From Massalongia carnosa (lineage: Eukaryota): a DNA stretch of 64,000 bases. Below, one piece after another: positions 36,701 to 44,897 of the stretch (position 1 is its first letter; the number at the start of each line of letters is the position of its first letter). The position numbers and the translations under genes were made by a program. The notes under the pieces are model-generated. The model was not told the origin of the DNA and made no database searches. It worked only from the letters and a program-made list of their open reading frames with translations. Where the stretch lies: contig OZ287070.1 of NCBI GenBank assembly GCA_965645245.1, forward strand, positions 3,038,001-3,102,000, written 5' to 3'.

Positions 36701-37745
36701 CGCAGAATCTTAGGCCACCCCCTGGTTTCCTAACTAGAAGAACGGGGGCTGCTGCGCTTGAAGAGCTAGGACGGATGAAACCTTTTTCCAGATGTTCATC
36801 GATGTATTTTTTAACTGCTTCCAGTTCTTGTTCTGACATGGGCTTGTAGTTCCTCACGTACGGAGCCTCTTTTCCTGCTTCGAGGATTATCTGGTGATCC
36901 TCCTTTCGATGTTCGGGCAGTTCGTCTGCCTTGTGCTTCATGAAGACATCTATTACGCTGTGATAAGCTGCTGGGACTCTCTTCAACAACTCCTCTCGGG
37001 TGTATTCCGGTTTTCCCTTCATGAACTTGTCGTAATCTCCCGATGTCACTGCTCCGGTGATAGTTGCGCATAAGGCCTTCTTTGTTTCTCGAGGAACCCA
37101 TAGGTAACCCTCGTGATCCTTCTTTCTGACCATTCGAAAGAAGTGTTTTGCGTTGACTGGGAGAACTTCGATATCTTCTTTAGGCTCGGTCCTATTCTTA
37201 ACCCTGCCTCCCACAGCGAATTCGGTGCAACTTATCCCTCGTGTAAGACATCCCTTTTCGAGGCAATCAGATGAGTTGAACTTCATCGTTCTCTCTTTCC
37301 AATTGATCATTGGGTTGTGCGTTTGCAGCCATCCATCCCCTAGAATGACTGCGTACGCTTCTAGTTTTGCTAAATAACATAAGACTTGCTCTTCGTGATC
37401 TCCAATTTTCACGTCGATCAAGGCGGTCTTCGAGAGGAGCTGTACTACCTCTCCATTTCCCAAAGTAAGTTTCACCTTCTTATCCAGTTTGAAGGTGTTC
37501 AATTTGTGTTTACGCACAAAGGATTCGTCAATGAGTTCAGCTTCACTTCCATTATCGATCAGTAAACGGGTTTTAATTCCAGCTATGCTAGTTTTAAAAA
37601 CTAAATGCTTGCCCTCGATTTTCTTTTCAGTATCGCGGACAGCACAAGTAGAGACCCTAATCATCTTCATTTCAGTGTCACTGTTCTCACTAACAACCTC
37701 CTTATTTGTACGCCCTTGATCGCGATTTTGATCAAGGACTAGACT
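33738..37745 (-). CDS. Gypsy F pol (protease-RT-RNaseH-integrase-chromodomain), predicted to be made by -1 frameshift
   Basis: 1310-aa uninterrupted ORF with LIDNGS, YLDD, ETDSSD, HHCC and DDE. The frame stays open back to the GGGAAAA site. Confidence 0.95.
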   Translation of the reverse strand, partial: SLVLDQNRDQGRTNKEVVSENSDTEMKMIRVSTCAVRDTEKKIEGKHLVFKTSIAGIKTRLLIDNGSEAELIDESFVRKHKLNTFKLDKKVKLTLGNGEVVQLLSKTALIDVKIGDHEEQVLCYLAKLEAYAVILGDGWLQTHNPMINWKERTMKFNSSDCLEKGCLTRGISCTEFAVGGRVKNRTEPKEDIEVLPVNAKHFFRMVRKKDHEGYLWVPRETKKALCATITGAVTSGDYDKFMKGKPEYTREELLKRVPAAYHSVIDVFMKHKADELPEHRKEDHQIILEAGKEAPYVRNYKPMSEQELEAVKKYIDEHLEKGFIRPSSSSAAAPVLLVRKPGGGLRFCVDYRALNSITIKNRYPIPLINETLGKLSQAKKFTKLDVISAFNRMRMKEGHEWLTAFNTRYGQFEYLVMPFGLCNAPGTFQSFINDTVREYLDVFCTAYLDDVLIYSENEEEHSEQVLIVLTRLKEKGLQVDIDKCEFSVTKVKYLGLIVTTEGIKMDPEKIEAILKWETPGSVKDVQAFLGFANFYRRFISRFSQRTRPLTELTKGEQITTKSGKKRTKYNSFVWSEDCQKAFEDLKNAFTTAPVLAHYDPALETWVETDSSDFVSAGVLSQMHDGVLKPVAYFSKKMTPAECNYMIYDKELLAIVKSFEVWRPEVASAAPDKPVKVYTDHKNLEHFMTTKQLNRRQARWAEFLSEFNFKIMYRPGKQGEKPDTLTRRSQDLPKGFEDIREQHQFQTLLQEHQLDDNIRKALAVVFCANTIDDDNDNDQDDRSVATEEDATESEEPNAEHTPVTDVTESSITKTLEELIEEAYEKDETVQDIIAAKKKELRKLPLNLIKRGIKLAMGDLKLENDKLYVKGRLYVPDHESLQLHLLQKHHEPPLQGHPGYKSMYQIMRENYFWFDMKEHCKRYAVNCSVCRRSKAYNDKKQGLLNPLPIPNRKWMDVSLDFVEFLPECRRRNRVYQHILVIVDRLTKRRLYEPLTSLSTDELMDAMSRRLFSSYGFPISTVNDRGSQLTAHLWKRVCERYGVRIKFSSAHHPETDGQTENANKVMKNYLRAYVSYTQDNWVDYLSDAEFAANNHVNVSTGMTPFFADHGFHPRCGIEPPGTYEGKGRAEILHADKIIERQEAMRTWLRDQLAWAQEEQTRHANKGRQPHPEYKVGDMVYVNAKHFAFERPSRSLSFKNAGPWKIIRIIDNKAYELEIPDQLKNVDLTSIFHPWKLHLAPSNPFPGQVLPPGPPIAIVENDEEEAHEEWEVLEIVDCRETRKFGVQYKATFVGNWDEWNANPYWQSWTDFKNSKDKILQYHREHPHKPKPPEDLTETG

Positions 37746-39385
37746 TTTCCCGCATCAGATTCCGTTCCTGAATCTGTTTCTACAGTTCCCATGGTGCTCA
37801 GATTCTTGTCCTTGTATTGAGGACAGATGGTATCGTGTCCTCGATGTCCCGATCCCCTACATGCCCAGCATCGGCGTTGGCGGGAGAGGGACTCACGATC
37901 GTCATCCTTCAGCTTCTTTGGGTTCGGGTCTGGATCGTACCACGTGCCTACCCAACCGGCCGGCTTGACTATTGTTGGCGTCAGCTTCGCGTTTGGCCGA
38001 TCGTCCGATTTTCTGGAGTTGATCTGGTTGGTGGAGGCTGAGACGGACTTTCCACCGGAGGATTGGTTTGAGGACTGTCCACCGGAGAAGTTGCTTCGTT
38101 GGCCGGAGTTCTTCGTTGCAGCTGGTTTATCGGGGCGGGGAAAGTGATGTGCCACATCTTTGCGGCGGTCTTCGATTCTTCGTGCTTCGTCAAGTAGAGG
38201 GCGGAAATCGGTAAAGACGGAACCCATAAGAGAGCTGGAGATGCTAGGCTTTAACGTCACGAGGAACTTTTCAATTCGCTCGTCAACGGGAGTTTTGGCT
38301 TTCTGCCATAGCTTGAAGATTCGGTGGTAATACTCGCTGACGCTTTCGCCCCCTTTCATGGTGACGGTGAGGAGTTCTTTCTTGGCGTCGCGGCTCTGGA
38401 GGTGGATGCCCATGTAGTGTTCTATCTCTTCGAACAAAGCATCGGCCGATAGTGAGTCTCCCATATCCGGTACCCAAGAATGCATAGCCCCGAAGATCGG
38501 CGCTTCCATTTGAGACAGCGCGTAACCGACCTTTTCACTCTCGTCGGCGTAGAGGGGTGCGTCTGTCTTCAGTTTGTTGCGGACGGAGTACGCCCAAGGG
38601 CTATACTCCTCCGAGTCTTCACCTTTTAGTGGCTTGCTAGGGTTTATACCACGAGGTCGCCAATTCTGAGGATTGTAGTTAGTGCTTGAGGTAGCAACGG
38701 TGTCTTCCCGTTGCTGACGTGGTGTTTCCTGTGTTTCCGCAAACTGGCGGATCAAGGAGTCTCTGTCTTTCTGTAATCTCTCTTTTGCTAGAGTCGTTGT
38801 CTCCAATTCGATATCTCTATGCGAGAGTTCTTCTTGCGCGAGAAGGGCCTCTCGTTCGGCATCATCCTTTTCTGCGATGAGACGTTCATTTACTTGCTTG
38901 TAACGTCTGTTGATCTTTTTTGCTTCGGCAAGCTTCTCCTGATCGTTCTGCATAGAGATGTATTTTTCGAATAGGGTCTTATCGTATTCGAGCGCTCTCG
39001 CGAGAAAATCGTACCATCGGGGTCCTTCTTTCTCATCTCGCAAGATGCTCTGCAATTCTTTCAAGTTGTGTGCCACGACGAGGGACGGATGCTCCGCTGC
39101 ATCCTGTTCGTAGTATGGGTGGTTGGAGACGTCTATTGTTTGGAAAATTTCCTTTTCTTTTCCGCGCCCTGCTCTTGAGGTTTTTTCCCACGTCCCCTCC
39201 GTGGTTTCTCTCATTTGCTCGTTCTGCAGTAGCTCGGAGTCTTCGAACGTTCCTGGCATACTGCTATCCGAACGACACGAATGGCGGGAGGCGGAACGAG
39301 CGCGGGTGTTAAATGCTGGACCAGTCTGAGCCTCCGTGGGAGGGGCTCCGACTTTTCTTGCTGTCATGGGCGTTTTTGAGCTCAT
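37739..39385 (-). CDS. Gypsy F gag
   Basis: 548 aa with a coiled-coil-like region, ESVSEYY capsid-like motif and CWAC-x4-H-x6-C knuckle. Confidence 0.92.
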   Translation of the reverse strand: MSSKTPMTARKVGAPPTEAQTGPAFNTRARSASRHSCRSDSSMPGTFEDSELLQNEQMRETTEGTWEKTSRAGRGKEKEIFQTIDVSNHPYYEQDAAEHPSLVVAHNLKELQSILRDEKEGPRWYDFLARALEYDKTLFEKYISMQNDQEKLAEAKKINRRYKQVNERLIAEKDDAEREALLAQEELSHRDIELETTTLAKERLQKDRDSLIRQFAETQETPRQQREDTVATSSTNYNPQNWRPRGINPSKPLKGEDSEEYSPWAYSVRNKLKTDAPLYADESEKVGYALSQMEAPIFGAMHSWVPDMGDSLSADALFEEIEHYMGIHLQSRDAKKELLTVTMKGGESVSEYYHRIFKLWQKAKTPVDERIEKFLVTLKPSISSSLMGSVFTDFRPLLDEARRIEDRRKDVAHHFPRPDKPAATKNSGQRSNFSGGQSSNQSSGGKSVSASTNQINSRKSDDRPNAKLTPTIVKPAGWVGTWYDPDPNPKKLKDDDRESLSRQRRCWACRGSGHRGHDTICPQYKDKNLSTMGTVETDSGTESDAGKV

Positions 39386-39832
39386 GACTGGATACTGGAA
39401 GTGGGAAAGCTTGATTCCCTGGCTCTGAAAATTCTGGAAGTTCTGGAATTTGGATCGGTTTGGATTCGCACAAACGATCAGTCTGGAAGGTTACTGGAAC
39501 GGGTCTTCACCCTAACTGGAAGGAAGTTGCTGGAACGGGACCTCGTCCCTACTGGAAGTTCTGGAAGAAAGAATACTGATAGGTAGGTAGATAAATTGTG
39601 TAAGGTAGCTGTCGTCGATTCTTTTCAACCGCTATTAAACTAAAATTTATCTACAAAGAAAGAAAAGAATTATTGTGCGCGACTCGCTAGAAATATCTGC
39701 GTCGAGTGTCGCGCTAGCCTCGCGCGATCCCGTGATCCCTCTTTCTATCTCGGCTGGCGCTAAGCCTAACCGGTTACCTCGAACACCTCTAAGGTCAACC
39801 TTCTATCTCTATGTCAGGCTAGGACCCTGACA

Positions 39833-40932
39833 CTCCGAAAGGTTCCTTCTAGAAAGAAGTCCTTGTTGCAGAGAATATGTGAGGTTGCACCGGAGTCGAG
39901 TAACAAGCTTTGGGGACGTTGGGGGCTTTGGGACGGTTTTGCCATACAAATAAGCGGTGTTTCCTGGGTACTTTTCCCGGAACATTCCCTTATCATACAG
40001 ACTATTTGTGGCTTTGAGGCTTCATGGCCTCCTTCCTCGCAAACGCTTTCTAAATGGCCTACTTTACCACATGTTTTGCATTTGGAGTCGATATACCTGC
40101 ATGTTCCGGGGTGAAACTTCCCGCAACACTTGCATTTGGTCTTACCCTCTCCGGACCTTGCTCCGGAGGGGTGCTTTTTGTTGTTAGTCTTCCCTTTTGT
40201 CTTTAGCACATTGGCTGTGGCAATGGGGTCCTGGCGCATGCGAGCTTCCTCGTCCTCCAGGTTTTTCAACAAAGCATCCAGCGCAGGGAATTTATCCTCA
40301 CGCCGGGCTTGCTCGTTCAGTATTGTAAGATAGGTGCTGAACGAGTTTCCTATTCCATTCAGGAGCCTGAGCACAACTATTTGTTCGACAGTCAGGGCCA
40401 TGTCGGTGATCTCGGCCTTGATGTCCCTGACAAGGCTTCCGTATTCTTCGATGGACTTGCACTTTTCATATTTTATCTCCTCTAGCCGGTTGAAGGTGCT
40501 CCATTTGGCACTCCAATTCTTTAGAGTGTACCGGGTTTTTAGATGTTCCCAAAGATCTTTTGGGTCCCAGACTGCTCCATTAGCTAGGTCTCTCATGGAC
40601 AGGAATTCTTGCTGCACGTCGTCCGTGCACATCTTTCCTATCTTACCAACTACCCTCCTTTGTTTCTCCAAGAACTCTAGTCGTTCAAGGTCCCTTTGGT
40701 CTCTTTTATCGAGTTGTTCATCTGTTTCTGATGTTTCCTCCGGAGGGTCTCCCTCTTTCTCACTAGGTTTATTAGGTGGAAGGGGAATCTCTCGGGGCAT
40801 TTTCCGAGCACCAGTCACATAACTCCAGAGTTCCGCTTCCTGCAGGGCGAAGGCGATGTCTCTAGACCATTTCTTATAGTTACCACTCCCCATGAGTTTG
40901 GGGAATGTGTACAGACTCTCTCCTTTAGCCAT
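39833..40932 (-). CDS. Copia E gag and protease N-terminus
   Basis: MAKGESL start, CKTCGKVGHLESVC knuckle and LLDSGAT. Confidence 0.92.
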
Positions 40933-41575
40933 GCCAGAGAAAGTGGTGTAGAAGCAGGGAAGGGTCTCCCGGTATGGAGGGGATACTAGCAGGGAATATA
41001 TATATATATATTGAAGGATGGGGCAGATGGAGAGGTGGAGGTATGTTTTGACAATCAATGTGGGGGCTTATTCGACGAAGTGGAAGTGAGCCGGGCTCAT
41101 AACCTGATGAATAGTAAAATTCACGTGTAGGTATAATAGCATGATTGTCATTGAAGGTATGGATTATATGTGAGCTATCTACTTCATTATATAGCAGTCA
41201 CATTGGAGACCTTTCGGCGACCCTTTTCATAAGGAGTCAGCCGGTCCACTGAATCTCGGTCCCCGGAGGTCATCTCGGTCCCCGGAGGTCATCTCGGTCC
41301 CCGTGGTAGAGTCGCCGAAGATAAGCACTAGATGAATGCCCATGATGGTAGCCCCTACCATCTGACAGACACCATGCCTGAGTGGGAGTGTTGATGTTAC
41401 GCTAAACATTAGCCTAACGGACAAGTGTCAGGCAGTTGGTGACTGCTTGGCCGGAATGGGCCTAGGGTAGTTTAGCCGATGTGGGTGCTCAAAAGCACCC
41501 ACGATAGAATTAATCAAAACTATTCCTTCTAAATATTCGTACATTCACTATAGTGATCAACAATTCACTTCAACA

Positions 41576-42519
41576 ATGCTGGGGGGGTGGAAGAGGAGGG
41601 GACAGAAGCAGCTCTGACTGCCGAGGGCTAATTGGTTGATTGTCCCTTTCGGGACGTTGAGGTGATGGCGGCCGAAGCATTGAGTCCCGCGGTGGTGTTG
41701 GAGGATTTAGGGGCGAGGTGACGAATTTGACGCAGGCCGCGGTCCGTCTCCAACCACATGGTGACGTTTTCATCGAAGGTAATCGGTTGTCGATTGGTAC
41801 TCGGAACCCGATACATAAGGGCCGCTGCCTGAGTTGAATAGTTGACGTTTGTCTTCATAGCGTAAATCAGAGAGGCGTCCTCTATTTTCGAGCGATCCTT
41901 CTTTTGGGAAACAGGTTATAGTATTCCTCAAAGCTCATACTGCCCTGTTTCAACGTTTCTCGAAGATATTTTCGAGCATCTTCTTGTTCGTAGGGGTTGC
42001 CACAGGCACGACGAAGAGCGAATCGCCAGTCGGAGAAGGAGGTCAATGTGCAAAGGACGTCAACTCGATAGGAGTTCATGAGGATGTGAGCCTTTTTTCC
42101 GATGATTAGTCGATTTTCTGCATACGCGATTTTGGATTCGTCGGAGGGATAGCGATCATTGTTTATATGCATTCGCTGAATGAGGCTTTGTTACCAGGCG
42201 TCCAGTCGAGCTTCGACCCCGTCGTATTCCGGAATATCTGGGAGTTTTTCTGAACGTGGTTCGGGGTTCCTGGCTAGGAGTAGCTTCATCACGGCAGCTT
42301 TCTGGGGATCCAATGATGGGGCGAGAGCTGGGTTGAGAGTCGAGACGGGGGATCGGAAGCGGACGGGGATGGGGTTTTGGCAGCGGCGCGAAGCTGAGCT
42401 AATTCGTTCGACATGGCTTCCATTTCGTTCAAGAACTGTTGAGGGTTGGATTGAAGACGTTCCTGAACAAATCTCACACGCTCGTCATGATGAGGGGGGT
42501 TATCTTCCTGAGAAGACAT
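41576..42519 (-). pseudogene. Gypsy A gag, N-terminal part
   Basis: MSSQEDN...RFVQERLQ and GNPYEQEDAR are homologous to G gag. Frameshifted. Confidence 0.9.
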
Positions 42520-42591
42520 GGCTGGGTTGAAAAGGAATGGATCGAGAAAAGTGCTATGGAAGGCACTTTTTAAGGGATAGGTCCGACGTAA

Positions 42592-43025
42592 TGTCAAGGG
42601 ACTGGATTAGATGGTCAAGCTTTCTAATTGACTGAGTCTATAGCTACAGCTAGACTAGATTGGCTATTCAAGACGTCGGACAAGGAGCCAGAACTTTCGA
42701 GACTCGACCCCTTCTTTTATATCTGTTCCTCACCTCCATACCCCTTTGTTTCCTTGATCTTCGATGTCTCCTATTCATCTCCTTTTCCTAAGTTAATATG
42801 AAGACACCTAATGGGGACCGGATAATGATTATGGTTTCGAAGATAGGAGGCGGAGCCGTACTCGATCTAACCGCAACGAGAAAGGTGGGAACAGCGCGCA
42901 CTCTCTAATGAACCTGTGGTAGCTCCAATGAACCTGCGGTAGCTCCAATGAACCTGCGGTACGGTAGGTAGGGGGCAACTACGGATAAGGCCGAGATCCT
43001 TTTGGTTCGGAGCCGTTTCATGACA
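42592..43025 (-). repeat. Gypsy A 5' LTR
   Basis: TGTCA...TGACA, followed on the minus strand by TTACGTCGGAC and the gag leader. Confidence 0.93.
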
Positions 43026-43153
43026 TTAATATTTTGACTGCTTTCTAAAACGAAATAATTGATCAGTTAATTTACGTTCAAATGTCAATAAAATACGATA
43101 AATCAGAAATAATCTCCAAATTAAACAGTGTTCTTTACCATTTAATTAATCTC

Positions 43154-43397
43154 TGTTATGGTCTACCTAGAACTAGTCTATAGGGACACTAGAAATGAAA
43201 AAAAATGAAGATGAAGAAGAAAAGAACAATTGAAAGACAAATCTCACCTCTATATCGTTAAGCGCCCACTAGTCCTCAACAGACTCAACCGCGGCTTGTT
43301 CCGCTTTATGTCAGCCTAAACTCGAGCTCGAGAGTGAGATCCGAAGTAGCTTGGTCGATAATCTGGTGGCGAAGTAGTGTCAAGTAAAACCGTGAAA
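43154..43397. repeat. Solo LTR (244 bp)
   Basis: TGTTA...GTGAAA (degenerate end). TSD ATCTC/ATCTT. Interrupts the relic at the LKQSP/RLWY position. Confidence 0.7.
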
Positions 43398-43479
43398 ATC
43401 TTCTCGTTTGTGATATAAACCTTTATCAAATTTTCTACTCATCAAATTGAATTTTTCGAAACTTCATACATATCATAAC

Positions 43480-43968
43480 TGTCATGGAATTACTTCGCAA
43501 CCTCCCACGTTTCCTGATCGGGTTAGTATTTCACAGGCTCTCTTGCCGTGAAACCTGACCTGCATGTTGAATGGAACCGTGGCCTGTTATTCCGAACTAT
43601 CCTGAAACCTCAGCCCATGTGTTCAGACTTTCTTCCGCTGCCTTCAGTGCACTCCCAATCTCCTATATCCCGAATCCAATCTCAACGTCTCCACTATCCA
43701 AGCCTACGACTGGGATTGCCCAGCAGAGAGAGATTGCTTCGGCATGGAGAAAGGCGGAACAGGTCAAAGCGATCATGGTTAGGAAATTAGAACAGGAACA
43801 GAGATGAGGGCAAGTCAAGAATAGGGGAGTTGGAAGCCGTGGCTATAAAACCTAGGTGGTTTCTCAGATATTTGGAGCTCTTCGTCGGACGTCTTGTATA
43901 CTATCCCTAGACCTAGCTTTCTAATAGTAACTCTCGCATATCTCCCTATCTGGACCTTGTCCGTGACA
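43480..43968 (+). repeat. Solo LTR (489 bp)
   Basis: TGTCA...TGACA. TSD ATAAC. TATAAAA and ACGTCTTG motifs. Confidence 0.9.
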
Positions 43969-44230
43969 ATAACATATATGATTCTTTAATATACATCAAA
44001 GATTTCACTGACATTTTTTTCGTGAATGATCTGAATATCACAGAACTTAAGAAATCATCAATGATTTCTGAGATCAAGAAACAACTTAATAATGCTTTTA
44101 AGATAATAAACATGAGCTCGATTAATTATTACTTGCATTTAAATGTAAAACGAAATCGCGTAAACAATATAATTAAATTATATCAGTAGTTAAAAGGAGA
44201 CTCTGGTTGCGGGCGATCGCATTGACTATG

Positions 44231-44715
44231 TGAAACGGGGAGACCTTCTCCCAGCAGGCATTCACTACTGGAAGATGGGATCCACAGGGGCTACACAACG
44301 TGATGGTCGCAATAGAGGTACAAAATAGGTAGGGTCGGGTCAAAGGGTAGACTAAATGCTACCCTTTTGAAGTGCTTGATCATTGATCTATATAGAATAG
44401 GACAATCCACAACCTAAGCTCTTCTTCCGTACCTTGCACATACTACCTGGTATTTTCGGTCTCCGAAATACTTCGGTCACCGAAAGACACAGGTAGATGA
44501 GACTAGGCAGGCGAGCTAGGGGAGGTGAGGCGAGGCGAGGGGATACTTCGTGTACTACGAAAACACCTCCATAATAAGTTAAGTCCCCACACTATGCCTA
44601 ACTGGGTTAGGCGGGACCTTATTGTCTTGGTGGTTGTTTTGGCTGTACATATCCCACATAGCCACATAGGCCAGTCTTACGTTCAACGAACGCATACTTG
44701 GCCTACCCTATTACA
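44231..44715. repeat. Solo LTR (485 bp) inside the H 3' LTR
   Basis: TG...CA ends with TSD CTATG. Absent from the H 5' LTR. Confidence 0.92.
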
Positions 44716-44897
44716 CTATGAAGCTATCTAAAAGGAAAAGAGCAGACTTTTCACCAAAGGGCAAAGCACGCTAAACCTAAAACCTTCCTAGAGAAGATTA
44801 GACTACCAGCTATCCACGTTATGAGGCAGTGAGCCCAAGCCATTATAACCATAATCGCAACCGATATTCAACAGTCCCCCTGCGGTGCGATACCACC

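Larger units (their letters stand above)
33429..39832 (-). mobile_element. Gypsy F (chromovirus), innermost insertion, ORFs intact
   Basis: LTRs 33429-33678 and 39597-39832. TSD CTCCG. PPT AGAAGGGGGGGA. Confidence 0.96.
29912..41367 (-). mobile_element. Copia E inserted in the 3' UTR of D; contains F
   Basis: 263-bp LTRs (29912-30174, 41105-41367) that appear identical. TSD GACAC. PBS GGTTATGAGCCCGG at 41091-41104. Confidence 0.96.
25233..41575 (+). mobile_element. Copia D inserted in A gag, with most of its 5' LTR deleted; contains E and F
   Basis: TSD ATGCT on both sides. 3' LTR 41389-41575 follows PPT GAGTGGGAG. Only 27 bp of the 5' LTR remain. Confidence 0.92.
6415..43025 (-). mobile_element. 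Gypsy A (chromovirus), outer host of the nest
   Basis: LTRs at 6415-7371 and 42592-43025. gag, protease, RT, integrase and chromodomain pieces are collinear once the TSD-bounded insertions are removed. Homologous to Gypsy G. Confidence 0.85.
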
